DNA of 64,000 bases from an uncultured Actinomycetota bacterium. GTDB taxonomy: Bacteria; Actinomycetota; Actinomycetes; Mycobacteriales; CADCTP01. The stretch is taken from NCBI GenBank assembly GCA_963728945.1, contig CAVSMA010000001.1, forward strand, positions 837,572 through 901,571. The letters run 5' to 3'. Below, in pieces: positions 19,517 through 28,899 of the stretch. The position numbers were made by a program, and so were the translations under genes. The notes beneath the pieces are model-generated. The model saw nothing but the letters and a program-made list of their open reading frames with translations, did not search any database and was not told where the DNA came from. Positions within the stretch are counted from its first letter, which is position 1; each line of letters opens with the position of its first letter.

Positions 19517-21189
19517 AGCAGCTCCTCCGGTACGTCGACCAGCCGGGAGCGCAGCCACTCGCCGAGCGCCTTGCCCTGCGGGTCGAACCGGGTGCTGGCC
19601 GCGACGCCCTCGCCGAGGATGCCGTCGACGACGATGTTCACCGCGAGCAGGTTCGGCAGCTGCACGACGAACGAGCTCAGTCCGGCCACCTCCGGCAGCA
19701 GCTCCTGCAGCCGGTCGCGGGTCAGCCAGCGGGAGAACCACCGGTACGCCGCCTCGGTGCGGAACCAGACCCCGATGTTGGCCCGGCCGCCCTTGTCGCC
19801 GGACCGGGCGCCGGCGATCGTGCCCAGCGGCACCCGCCGGGTCGGCCCGGACCCGACCGGCGCCGGCCAGAACCCGCCCACCGGCACCAGCGGCCGGGTC
19901 GGCGGCGCCGGCACCCCGACCCTGGTCCCGTCCGGCAGCACCGCGACGTGGTCCACGTCGGACTGCGGCACGGTCGAGGCCGTGAACACCCCGTACGGGC
20001 TGGCGTCCGCGGGGGGCGCGGTGACGTGGAAGCCCGGGTACGACGCCAGCGCCAGCTCGATCGGCACCCGGGAGAACGCCCGGCCGACCAGGGCGGCCGA
20101 GGGATCCCGGACGGACAGGTGCAGCAGCGCGCTGGCCGCCTCCTCGGTGTCCGCGTCGGCGTGGTCGGTGCGGGCGAGCGTCCAGTCGACCTCGGCCGGC
20201 CGGTGGTCGCCGAGCGCCTGCTCGACCTGATCCCGGACCAGCGCCGCCTTCGCCGGGATGTCCAGCCCGGTGAGCACGAATGTGGTCGCGTTACGGAAGC
20301 CGGCCAGCCGCACCGTGCCGACCTTGAGATCGGGCGGCGGCGGCGCGCCGACGACGCCGGAGATCCGCACCCGGTCCGGGCCGACCTGGTCGAGGTGGAT
20401 CGTGTCGAACCGGGACACCACGTCCGGCCCGACGTACTCGGCCCGGTCGATCTCGTACAGCAGCTGCGCGGTGACGGTCTCGACGGTCACCGCGCCGCCG
20501 GTGCCGGGGTGCTTGGTGATCACCGCGGAGCCGTCGGCCGCCACCTCGGCGATCGGGAAGCCGGGGTGCCGCGGGTCGGCCAGCTCCCGGAAGAACGCGA
20601 AGTTGCCGCCGGCGGCCTGGGCGCCGCACTCCAGCACGTGCCCGGCCACGGTCGCGCCGGCCAGCTCGTCCCAGTCGTCCGCGGCCCAGTCGTGGTGCCA
20701 GGCCGCCGGGCCGACGAGCAGCGAGGCGTCGGTCACCCGGCCGGTCACGACCACGTCGGCACCGCCGCGGAGGCATTCGACGATCCCGCGGCAGCCCAGG
20801 TATGCGTTCGCGACACCGCCCTCGGCCGGCAGCTCGTCGCCGACGACGTGGCCGACCCTGGCCGTGACGCCGAGCACGCCGGCGAGCGTGCCGACCGCGT
20901 CCGCCAGCCCGGCCGGGTTGAGGCCGCCGGCGTTGACGACGATCGTCACGCCGCGGTCCATCGCCAGCCCGAGGCAGTCCTCGAGCTGGCGCAGGAACGT
21001 CTTCGCGTACCCGGCGGTGGGGTCGCGCAGCCGGTCCCGGACCAGGATCAGCATGGTCAGCTCGGCGAGGTAGTCGCCGGTGAGCACGTCGAGCGGCCCG
21101 CCGTCGAGCATCTCCCGCATCGCGGCGAGCCGGTCCCCGTAGAACCCGCTACAGTTCCCGATCCGGATCACCCCCGCCGGGCCGCTCAT
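19513..21189 (-). CDS. acyclic terpene utilisation AtuA-family protein (DUF1446) with fused DUF4387-like C-terminus
   Basis: The ATG at 21189 overlaps the TetR stop. IRIGNCSGFYGDRLAAMREML...LTGDYLAELTM is the AtuA N-terminal signature. The C-terminal ARSGDKGGRANIGVW resembles the small partner protein that is often encoded separately. Confidence 0.82.
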   Translation of the reverse strand: MSGPAGVIRIGNCSGFYGDRLAAMREMLDGGPLDVLTGDYLAELTMLILVRDRLRDPTAGYAKTFLRQLEDCLGLAMDRGVTIVVNAGGLNPAGLADAVGTLAGVLGVTARVGHVVGDELPAEGGVANAYLGCRGIVECLRGGADVVVTGRVTDASLLVGPAAWHHDWAADDWDELAGATVAGHVLECGAQAAGGNFAFFRELADPRHPGFPIAEVAADGSAVITKHPGTGGAVTVETVTAQLLYEIDRAEYVGPDVVSRFDTIHLDQVGPDRVRISGVVGAPPPPDLKVGTVRLAGFRNATTFVLTGLDIPAKAALVRDQVEQALGDHRPAEVDWTLARTDHADADTEEAASALLHLSVRDPSAALVGRAFSRVPIELALASYPGFHVTAPPADASPYGVFTASTVPQSDVDHVAVLPDGTRVGVPAPPTRPLVPVGGFWPAPVGSGPTRRVPLGTIAGARSGDKGGRANIGVWFRTEAAYRWFSRWLTRDRLQELLPEVAGLSSFVVQLPNLLAVNIVVDGILGEGVAASTRFDPQGKALGEWLRSRLVDVPEELL

Positions 21190-21785
21190 CGGAGCACTCC
21201 GCGCAGGTGGGCGGTCCAGTCGGCGAGCAGGCGGGCACGCCGGGCGGAGTCGTCGGTCAGCAGGCTGGCCACCCCGAGCCCGCGCATGAGGTCCAGGGTG
21301 GTCTGCACCGCCTCGCGCACACCGGGGCGGGACTCGTTCGCGCCGAGCAGCTCGACGGTGAGCCGGTGCACTTCCCGGCCGAACCGCGCCTCCACCGGGA
21401 CCAGCGCGCTGCGCAGCGCCGGGTCGGTGCGGGCGGCGACCCAGACCTCGATCGCGGCGGCGAACAGCGGCCCGGTGAACAGCGAGGCCAGCAGGTCGAT
21501 CGTCGCCTCGAGCCGGTCGCCGTCCGGCGGCAGCCCGGCGGCCTCGGCCCGCAGCTCCGTGCTGCGCCGCTCGGCCAGGTGCTCGACCGCGGCGATGAGC
21601 AGCGCCGACTTGGTCCGGTAGTGGTGCAGCTGGGCGCCGCGGGAGACGCCGGCCCGGTCGGCGACCAGCGTGGTCGTGGTGCCGGCCCAGCCGCGCTCGA
21701 CCAGACAGGCGACCGCGGCGTCCAGCAGCCGGTGCTGGGTCCACCGGCTGCGCTGCTGCTGCCGGGTTCCGGCGGGTGCGGTCAC
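21186..21785 (-). CDS. TetR-family transcriptional regulator (first gene of the Atu/Liu-like operon)
   Basis: HRLLDAAVACLVERGWAGTTTTLVADRAGVSRGAQLHHY HTH. 199 aa. Confidence 0.85.
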   Translation of the reverse strand: MTAPAGTRQQQRSRWTQHRLLDAAVACLVERGWAGTTTTLVADRAGVSRGAQLHHYRTKSALLIAAVEHLAERRSTELRAEAAGLPPDGDRLEATIDLLASLFTGPLFAAAIEVWVAARTDPALRSALVPVEARFGREVHRLTVELLGANESRPGVREAVQTTLDLMRGLGVASLLTDDSARRARLLADWTAHLRGVLR

Positions 21786-21810
21786 GCACCGCAGCCTCCC
21801 GGACAGCCAT

Positions 21811-21832
21811 ACAAACAGTCAAGACTGAATGT
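21811..21832. promoter_or_regulatory. candidate TetR operator (imperfect palindrome) upstream of the operon
   Basis: ACAAACAGTC-AA-GACTGAATGT. The core CAGTC/GACTG and outer ACA/TGT arms are inverted repeats. It sits 26 nt upstream of the TetR start in a locally AT-richer stretch. Confidence 0.4.
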
Positions 21833-21970
21833 TTCGGCGGCCTAGTTCGGTAATCGGTAAGGGCCGAATGGGTGAAACCAGTGTTAGGGGGCAGCGGAAC
21901 TGCGGGGGTTGTGCCCTATGCTTCAGGCCTCCGGTTCCGATCCCCCCACGGCGCCGGAGACCCCACCAGA

Positions 21971-22002
21971 GGGCGGGGGACGCCTCACCGCGTCCCCCGC
22001 CC
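21971..22002 (-). terminator. stem-loop downstream of the histidine kinase gene
   Basis: Perfect 13-bp inverted repeat GGGCGGGGGACGC / GCGTCCCCCGCCC with a 6-nt loop, about 85 nt past the kinase stop. No U-tract, which is common in actinobacteria. Confidence 0.5.
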
Positions 22003-22087
22003 TCCCCATTTGTCCTCTGGCGGCCCTGGTTGGGCAAGCCGGACGCCGATCAGCCTCCGCCGACTGGCCTCCCTTGTGCACGGCCGG

Positions 22088-23593
22088 TCAGGGGGTGGTC
22101 GCTGTGTGCGGCGTACGGGCGCCGGTCGGGTCGATCGGGGGATCCGGGAAGTGGACGGTGACGACCAGACCGGGGGAGCCGTCGCTGAGAGTGACCGATC
22201 CACCGTGCGCAGCGACCAGCTCCCGGACGATCGCCAGACCGAGCCCGGCGCCCCCTGACTCGCGGCCGCGGTCCCAGTCGAGCCGGGTGAACCGGTCGAA
22301 CACGCGCGCCCGGTCGCCGGGCGGGATCCCCGGCCCGTCGTCGGCCACCGTGAGCGTGCGCGGCGCGACGGTCACCGTCACCCGGGACCGTGCGTGCCGG
22401 ACGGCGTTGTCGACGAGGTTGACCAGCACGCGCCGGACCGCGCCCGCCTCGGCCAGCACCGTGCAGTCCTGATCGCACGGGTCGAGCACGACCGGCACCC
22501 TGGCCGCCGCGTACCGGTCGGTCACCTCCTGAGCCAGCGCGTAGAGGTCAAGCGGAGCCCGCAGCCGGCGGGGGGCCTCGTCCAGCCGGGCCAGCAGCAG
22601 CAGGTCGTCGACCAGCCGGCCGAGCCGCTCGACGTCGACCAGCACGTCGCTGGCGAGCTCGCCGGCCGGCGTACCCGCGTCGACCGCCGCGGCGACCTCG
22701 AGCTGGGTGCGCGCACTGGCCAGCGGCGAGCGCAGCTCGTGCGCGGCGTCCGAGACGAACGCGCGCTGCCGGGCGCCGGCCGCGTCCAGCCGGGCCAGCA
22801 TGTCGTTGAGCGTCTCGGCGAGCCGGCGGATCTCGTCCTGTGCGGGCGGCACCGGCAGCCGGCCGGGCCCGCTGATCGCCAGCGCGCCCCGGCGCAGCTG
22901 TTCCACCGGCCGCAGCGCCCGCCCGGTGACCCACCACATCGCCAGCGCCACCACCGTCAGCAGCAGCGGCGCGCCGATCGCGAGCCCGACCAGCAGCACC
23001 CTGGTCCCGGACCGGGCCCCGCCGAAGTCGACTGCGACGATCACCGTCTGCGGGTAGTACGCCGGCCCGGCCGGCACCCCGACCACCCGCAGCGGGCCGG
23101 ACAGGCCGAGCCGGGACCCGGGCACGACCAGCCGTTCGCCGGACCGTACGGCGGCGATCTCGGCCGGCCGGAGCACCGGCACCAGCCGGTCGGTGCCGGT
23201 GGACGCGGCCACCACCCGGTTCTGGGCGTCGACCACCTGGATCGCCGCGGTGCCCTCGCCGCCCTCCGGCACCGGGTCGGGCAGCCGGTTGCTGTCGACG
23301 AGCGCGCCGACCTCGCGGGCGCTCTGCAGCGCGCCGGCGTCGACCGCAGCCTGCAGCGTGCGCGACCCGGTGATCACCAGCAGCACCGCGCCGGCGGCGA
23401 TCCCGACGCCCAGCAGCGCGGTGGCGAAGACCGTCAACCGCGCGCGCAGACTCCAGTTGGGCGCCACACCGGCCCAGCTGGCGGCGCGGGCCACGACCGG
23501 CTGCCGACCGGGCTCGGTCGACCCCGTCGCCGTGCTGGACGACATCGGGACCTCGTCCGCATCCACCGACGACCTCGCGGCGCGCCTAACCAC
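22088..23593 (-). CDS. sensor histidine kinase (HAMP-HisKA-HATPase)
   Basis: Two TM helices, H-box SDAAHELRSPL, N-box LVDNAVRHA, G-boxes DDGPGIP and GGAGLGLAIV. GTG 23593 overlaps the regulator stop by 8 nt. ATG 23545, preceded by GAGG, is an alternative start. Confidence 0.88.
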   Translation of the reverse strand: MVRRAARSSVDADEVPMSSSTATGSTEPGRQPVVARAASWAGVAPNWSLRARLTVFATALLGVGIAAGAVLLVITGSRTLQAAVDAGALQSAREVGALVDSNRLPDPVPEGGEGTAAIQVVDAQNRVVAASTGTDRLVPVLRPAEIAAVRSGERLVVPGSRLGLSGPLRVVGVPAGPAYYPQTVIVAVDFGGARSGTRVLLVGLAIGAPLLLTVVALAMWWVTGRALRPVEQLRRGALAISGPGRLPVPPAQDEIRRLAETLNDMLARLDAAGARQRAFVSDAAHELRSPLASARTQLEVAAAVDAGTPAGELASDVLVDVERLGRLVDDLLLLARLDEAPRRLRAPLDLYALAQEVTDRYAAARVPVVLDPCDQDCTVLAEAGAVRRVLVNLVDNAVRHARSRVTVTVAPRTLTVADDGPGIPPGDRARVFDRFTRLDWDRGRESGGAGLGLAIVRELVAAHGGSVTLSDGSPGLVVTVHFPDPPIDPTGARTPHTATTP

Positions 23594-24275
23594 CGTCGGC
23601 GGCGAGGCGGTAGCCGGCTCCGCGCACCGTCTGCACCGCCCGCCGGCCGAACGGGGCGTCGATCTTGCGCCGCAGGTAGCCGACGTATACCTCGACGACG
23701 TTGAGGTCGCCCTCGTGGTGCGGATCCCAGACGTTACGCAGTATGTCGATCTTCGGTACGACCTCGCCGGCCCGGCGCAGCAGGTATTCCAGCAGCGAGA
23801 ACTCCCGCGGCGTCAGCTCGATCTCCGTCTCCCCGCGGACGACCTGGTGCTTGGCCGGGTCGAGGGACAGGTCGCCGGCGGCCAGCACGGCCGGCCGGGG
23901 TGGCGCGCCGCGCCGCAGCAGCGCACGCAGCCTGGCCACCAGCACCACGTACGAGAACGGCTTGGTCAGGTAGTCGTCGGCGCCGACGTCGAGCCCGTCG
24001 GCCTCGTCGTACTCGCCGTCCTTCGCCGAGAGCATCAGCACCGGCACCCAGTTGCCCTCGGCCCGCAGCCGCTCACACACCCGGTAGCCGGAGAGCCCGG
24101 GCAGCATGATGTCCAGCACGATCGCGGCGTATCCGCCGTCGTGGGCGCCCTCACGCGCCTTGTGCAGGCCCGAGACACCGTCGTGGGCGATGTCGACGGT
24201 GAACCCCTCGGCCTGCAGCCCGCGCTTGAGCGCAGCGGCCAGCCGCACCTCGTCCTCCACCACCAGCAGCCGCAC
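23586..24275 (-). CDS. OmpR-family response regulator
   Basis: MRLLVVEDE receiver domain and C-terminal winged helix (LTPREFSLLEYLL...VWD...VEVYVGYLRRKI). Confidence 0.92.
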   Translation of the reverse strand: MRLLVVEDEVRLAAALKRGLQAEGFTVDIAHDGVSGLHKAREGAHDGGYAAIVLDIMLPGLSGYRVCERLRAEGNWVPVLMLSAKDGEYDEADGLDVGADDYLTKPFSYVVLVARLRALLRRGAPPRPAVLAAGDLSLDPAKHQVVRGETEIELTPREFSLLEYLLRRAGEVVPKIDILRNVWDPHHEGDLNVVEVYVGYLRRKIDAPFGRRAVQTVRGAGYRLAADGG

Positions 24276-24353
24276 CGTTCACCTCCCGAGCACCGGCACC
24301 CTCCCCCAGCGCGGCTGTGAGCCGGCTGAGTATCTGTCCGAGGGTGCCACTAC

Positions 24354-26540
24354 ATGGTCTCGTACCGGGCACACCCGCGTCGCCGGCGACGTTGGCACGG
24401 GTGTACGGCGACGAGGGGACTGGTAGGCGTGGCGGAGCGAGCGAACGAGCCCGGGGAGAAGGCGATCGCCGGTCGGGCGACCGAGGCGCCGCCGCGGCCG
24501 GGGAGCCCACCCCGCCCGAGCGACCGGCCCGCCGACCCGGACCGGCCGGCCGACCGACCGCCGTGGAAGGTCGAGGGCGCCCCTCCGGCCGGCCCCGGCG
24601 GCCCGGACGCCACCAAGCCCAACTGGGGCCGCGTCATCCGGCGCACCTGGTGGCTGGTCCTGCTGGCGCTGGTCGTCAACTGGATCATCGCGTCGACCCT
24701 GATGGGCACGTCCCGGACGACCGTGTCGTACACGTTCTTCCGCGACCAGGTGCAGGCCGGCAACGTCAGCGAGGTCACCTCGACCGGCGACACGATCGAG
24801 GGCCAGTTCCGCAAGGCGGCGAAATACCCGCCGAACGACGGCAACGCCAAGGACGTCACCGATTTCACCACCCAGCGGCCGGCCTTCGGCGACGACGGGC
24901 TGACCCAGCTGCTGCTGGACAAGAACGTCACCGTCAACGCCAAGCCGCCGGACCAGGTGTCGCTGCTGACCCAGATCCTGGTGGGCTTCGGCCCGACGCT
25001 GCTGTTCATCGGATTGGGGATCTGGTTCTTCCGGCGGATGGCGGCGGCCGGCGGCGGCCTCGGCGGCCTGGGCGGGATCGGCCGATCGCGGGCCAAGCGA
25101 TACGAGCCGGAGCAGGGTCCGCGGACCACGTTCGCCGACGTCGCCGGCATCGACGAGGTGAAGAACGAGCTCACCGAAGTCGTCGACTTCCTCAGCAACC
25201 CCGGCAAATACACAGCGCTCGGCGCGTCCATCCCGAAGGGCGTCCTGCTGGCCGGCGCGCCGGGCACCGGGAAGACGCTGCTGGCCCGGGCGGTGGCCGG
25301 CGAGGCCAACGTGCCGTTCTTCCACCTGTCGGCGTCCGAGTTCATCGAGTTCATCGTCGGCGTCGGCGCGTCCCGGGTGCGCGACCTGTTCGAGACGGCG
25401 AAGAAGGCCGCCCCGGCGATCATCTTCATCGACGAACTGGACGCGATCGGCCGGGCCCGCGGCGGCGGCAGCCTTGGCGGCGTGGACGAGCGGGAGCAGA
25501 CGCTCAACCAGATTCTCACCGAGATGGACGGCTTCTCCGGCAACGAGGGCGTGGTCGTGCTGGCCGCGACGAACCGGCCGGACGTGCTCGATTCGGCCCT
25601 GCTGCGGCCGGGCCGGTTCGATCGCCGGGTCACCGTCAGCCCGCCGGACCAGGAGGGCCGGCGCAAGATCCTCGAGGTGCACACCCGGCGGGTGCCGCTC
25701 GGGCCCGACGTCGACCTGGCCGCGCTGGCCGCGACCACGCCAGGGATGGTCGGCGCCGACCTGCGCAACCTGGTCAACGAGGCGGCCCTGACCGCCGCCC
25801 GGCGCGGGCACGCCCAGGTGCAGCAGGCCGACTTCACCGATGCGCTGGAGAAGGTGGTTCTCGGCACGCCGCGCAAGATCATGCTGACGGTGGACGAGCG
25901 CCGGCGGACCGCGCACCACGAGGGCGGTCACGCGCTGCTCGGCATGCTGACCCCGGGCGCCGACCCGGTGCGGAAGGTGTCGATCACCCCGCGCGGGCAT
26001 GCGCTCGGCGTCACCTTCCAGAGCCCCGAGTCGGACCAGTACGCCTACTCGGAGGAATACCTGCGCGGCCGGATCGTCGGCGCGCTCGGCGGCAAGGCCG
26101 CGGAGGAGGTCGTATACGGGACGACCTCGACCGGGGCCGAGTCCGACCTCGACCAGGTCAGCCGGATCGCCCGGCAGATGGTCGGCCGGTGGGGCATGTC
26201 GCCGAAGATCGGGCCGATCGCGGTGCTGCCGGCCGAGGGCACCGAGCAGCCGTTCCTCGGCGACTCGAACGGGCCGTCCCAGGCGACCAGGGAGCTGGTC
26301 GACGCGGAGGCGCGGCGGATCGTCGACGAGTGCTACGCGCGGGCACTCGAGGTGCTGCGGGACAACCGCGACCGGCTGGAGCGGCTGGCCGACGCGCTGC
26401 TCCGGCACGAGACGCTGGACGCGGACGCGGCGTACGAGGCGGCCGGAGTGGAGCGGACGGCGCGGCCGGACTTCCGCCCGGACGAGCCCGACGCCGCGCA
26501 CGTCCCCGCGGCCCTCCGCGACGCCACCCGCCACCCCTGA
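24354..26540 (+). CDS. ftsH: ATP-dependent zinc metalloprotease, FtsH family (probable paralog)
   Basis: TM helices, AAA+ Walker A GAPGTGKT, Walker [13 protein letters not shown] region, and protease HExxH as [10 protein letters not shown]. The Pro-rich N-terminal extension makes the exact start uncertain. Confidence 0.85.
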   Translation: MVSYRAHPRRRRRWHGCTATRGLVGVAERANEPGEKAIAGRATEAPPRPGSPPRPSDRPADPDRPADRPPWKVEGAPPAGPGGPDATKPNWGRVIRRTWWLVLLALVVNWIIASTLMGTSRTTVSYTFFRDQVQAGNVSEVTSTGDTIEGQFRKAAKYPPNDGNAKDVTDFTTQRPAFGDDGLTQLLLDKNVTVNAKPPDQVSLLTQILVGFGPTLLFIGLGIWFFRRMAAAGGGLGGLGGIGRSRAKRYEPEQGPRTTFADVAGIDEVKNELTEVVDFLSNPGKYTALGASIPKGVLLAGAPGTGKTLLARAVAGEANVPFFHLSASEFIEFIVGVGASRVRDLFETAKKAAPAIIFIDELDAIGRARGGGSLGGVDEREQTLNQILTEMDGFSGNEGVVVLAATNRPDVLDSALLRPGRFDRRVTVSPPDQEGRRKILEVHTRRVPLGPDVDLAALAATTPGMVGADLRNLVNEAALTAARRGHAQVQQADFTDALEKVVLGTPRKIMLTVDERRRTAHHEGGHALLGMLTPGADPVRKVSITPRGHALGVTFQSPESDQYAYSEEYLRGRIVGALGGKAAEEVVYGTTSTGAESDLDQVSRIARQMVGRWGMSPKIGPIAVLPAEGTEQPFLGDSNGPSQATRELVDAEARRIVDECYARALEVLRDNRDRLERLADALLRHETLDADAAYEAAGVERTARPDFRPDEPDAAHVPAALRDATRHP

Positions 26541-26803
26541 CCCACCCGCACCCCACCGTCCGGGCCCGCGGCCCCGGCCCCGCGCGAGTCTCGGCCCGCG
26601 CAGTGCGGGCCCCGCACGGTCCGGGCCCGCGCCGGCGGCCCTACTCGGGGCGGTCGCCTGGCCCGAGAGGCGCCCGACCCGGCTGGGCGGCGGCGCGAGT
26701 TGCGCGGGGATCAAGGGGGAGTGGCTGTGGGAATGGTGTGGGTAGCTGAGCTGGTGATGTGCATCTCAGGGTGCTCTCAGTAGGCCGGACGGAGGATCAC
26801 CTC

Positions 26804-27883
26804 ATGACTGCACCGACCCACCTGCGCCTGCTCCGCTGGGGCGCGCCCGTCGTCGCGGCGGCGGCCGTCGCGGCCGTCGCCTCCGGCGTGTTCACCGCCG
26901 AGGCGAACCCGTCGCTGCCGGCCAAGAGCGCCGGCCAGCTGCTGGTCGACCTGCAGCGCGCGAGCGTCGACGGACTGTCCGGCACGGTGGTGCAGGACTC
27001 CGACCTCGGCCTCCCGCAGCTGCCCCAGGTCGGCAGCGGCAGCTCATCGCTGACCTCGTTGCTGACCGGCTCGCACACCCTCCGGGTCTGGTACGCCGGG
27101 GACGACAAGCAGCGGGTCGCCCTGCTCGGCTCGCTCGGCGAGACCGACGTCGTCCGTAACGGCACCAATGCCTGGGTCTGGTCCAGCGAGTCCAACTCGG
27201 CCACCCACTTCACCGTCCCGGCCGGCAAGGCCGGCAAGCACGAGGCCGACGGCCTGCCCGCCGGGGTCACCCCGCAGCAGGCCGCGGACGCCGCGCTCAA
27301 GGCGCTCGACCCGACCACCAAGGTCAGCACGTCCTCGACCACGTCGGTCGCCGGGCGCAGCGCGTACGAGCTGGTGCTGGCGCCGAAGGACAACCGGTCG
27401 CTGGTGGGCCAGGTCAGGCTGGCGGTCGACTCGAAGACCTCGTTGCCGCTGCGGGTGCAGGTCTTCGGCAAGAACAGCGGCAACGGGCCCGCGTTCTCGG
27501 TCGGCTTCAGCTCGGTGAGCTTCGAGGTGCCGCCGGCGGCGCAGTTCTCCTTCAACCCACCGCCCGGCACGAAGGTGACCGAGGGCACGCTGCCGGTCCA
27601 CCAGGGGCCGTCGCCGGGTGAGGCGAAGCGCGCCCGCGACGCGATCAGGACGGTCGGCTCGGGCTGGACCACGGTGGCGGTGCTGCCGGCGCCGACCCCG
27701 TCGGACACCGGCCGGGACAGCGGCTCGCTGGGTGGGTTCCTCGCGCAGCTGCCGCGGGTCGAGGGCAGCTGGGGCAGCGGCCGGCTGATGACCTCGACGC
27801 TGGTATCGGCACTGATCACGGACGACGGCCGGCTGATCGTCGGGATGGTGCCGCCGGACCTGCTCTACGCGGCGGCGAAGTGA
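26804..27883 (+). CDS. secreted LolA-like / DUF2092-type protein
   Basis: ATG at 26804 with a signal peptide (LLRWGAPVVAAAAVAAVASGVFTA). SAGQLLVDLQRA...GTVVQDSDLGLPQL...HTLRVWYAG resembles the actinobacterial LolA/RseB-like family that precedes ABC-2 exporters. Assigned from recalled family patterns only. Confidence 0.55.
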   Translation: MTAPTHLRLLRWGAPVVAAAAVAAVASGVFTAEANPSLPAKSAGQLLVDLQRASVDGLSGTVVQDSDLGLPQLPQVGSGSSSLTSLLTGSHTLRVWYAGDDKQRVALLGSLGETDVVRNGTNAWVWSSESNSATHFTVPAGKAGKHEADGLPAGVTPQQAADAALKALDPTTKVSTSSTTSVAGRSAYELVLAPKDNRSLVGQVRLAVDSKTSLPLRVQVFGKNSGNGPAFSVGFSSVSFEVPPAAQFSFNPPPGTKVTEGTLPVHQGPSPGEAKRARDAIRTVGSGWTTVAVLPAPTPSDTGRDSGSLGGFLAQLPRVEGSWGSGRLMTSTLVSALITDDGRLIVGMVPPDLLYAAAK

Positions 27884-28899
27884 CGGCGCGGGCTCTCGAG
27901 CCGGCCGTGCCCCAGCAGGGTGCGGCCGGCTCCGCCGTGTCCGGACCGGCTCCCGGCGTCGACCCGGGCGCCACGGCGGTGACCACGACCGGGTTGGCGA
28001 AGCGGTTCCGCGGCGGCCAGCTCGCCGTCGCCGGGATCGACCTGCTCGTCCCGCACGGCGCGGTCTACGGCTTCCTCGGCCCCAACGGCTCGGGCAAGAC
28101 CACGACGATCCGGATGCTGCTCGGCCTGGTCAGCCCGACTGCCGGCAGCCACACCCTGCTCGGCCGGTCGATGCCGGCGAGCGCGGCGCAGGTGCTGCCC
28201 CGGGTCGGCGCGCTGGTGGAGGGCCCGGCCTTCCACCCATACCTGTCCGGTCGGGCGAACCTGGCCCGGCTGGACGCGGCGGACCGCACCGCCGACCCGT
28301 CCACCGCGCGCCGCCGGATCGACACCGCGCTCGACCGCGTCGGCCTGACCGCGGCGGCGAAGAAGCGCTACCGGGCTTACTCGCTGGGCATGCGGCAGCG
28401 GCTCGGCATCGCCGCCGCCCTGCTGCAGCCGCGGGAGCTGCTCGTGCTCGACGAGCCGACCAACGGCCTCGACCCGCAGGGCACCCGGGAGGTCCGCACG
28501 CTGGTCCAGGAGCTCGCCTCCGACGGCGTCACCGTGCTGATCTCCTCCCACCTGCTGTCCGAGGTCGAGCAGATCTGCACGCACGTCGGCGTCATGCACG
28601 TCGGCAAGCTGGTCGCCCAGGGCACCCTCGACGAGCTGCGCCGCAGCCAGCAGCCCCGGGTCGCGGTCGAGACCACCGCCCCGGCCGCGGCCGTCCGCGC
28701 GCTGGCCGAGCTCGGCCTGACCCCGGGGCCGATCGAGGGCCGGCACGTCACCGCCGCACTCGGCGAGGCAGAGCCGGAGAAGGTGCTGGCCGCGCTGGTG
28801 CACGCCGGCGTGCCGGTACGGCAGTTCACCCTCGACGAGGCCGGCCTCGAGGACGTGTTCGTGGCGCTGACCGGGGAGGGCTTCGATGTCAGCGGCTGA
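27880..28899 (+). CDS. ABC transporter ATP-binding protein
   Basis: The GTG overlaps the upstream stop (GTGA). Walker A GPNGSGKTT, signature YSLGMRQRL, Walker B LLVLDEPTNGLD. Confidence 0.88.
   Translation: MTARALEPAVPQQGAAGSAVSGPAPGVDPGATAVTTTGLAKRFRGGQLAVAGIDLLVPHGAVYGFLGPNGSGKTTTIRMLLGLVSPTAGSHTLLGRSMPASAAQVLPRVGALVEGPAFHPYLSGRANLARLDAADRTADPSTARRRIDTALDRVGLTAAAKKRYRAYSLGMRQRLGIAAALLQPRELLVLDEPTNGLDPQGTREVRTLVQELASDGVTVLISSHLLSEVEQICTHVGVMHVGKLVAQGTLDELRRSQQPRVAVETTAPAAAVRALAELGLTPGPIEGRHVTAALGEAEPEKVLAALVHAGVPVRQFTLDEAGLEDVFVALTGEGFDVSG

Noticed and set aside
19513-21822. 769-aa merged ORF taken at face value
   Set aside because: Its first 211 codons overlap the TetR gene in another frame and are Arg/Pro/Ala junk. 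The real AtuA-like protein starts at ATG 21189 (MSGPAGVIRIGNCSGFYGDR).
24279-26749. 811-aa (-) and 810-aa (+) ORFs covering the ftsH locus
   Set aside because: Both are alternative-frame or antisense shadows. Only the 24354..26540 frame contains Walker A/B, SRH and HExxH.
26541-26803. GC-rich spacer with recurring GGGCCCGC elements after ftsH
   Set aside because: It contains only a short 7-bp hairpin (GGCCCGC/GCGGGCC) and composition-driven repeats. There is not enough structure to call a repeat family or an RNA.
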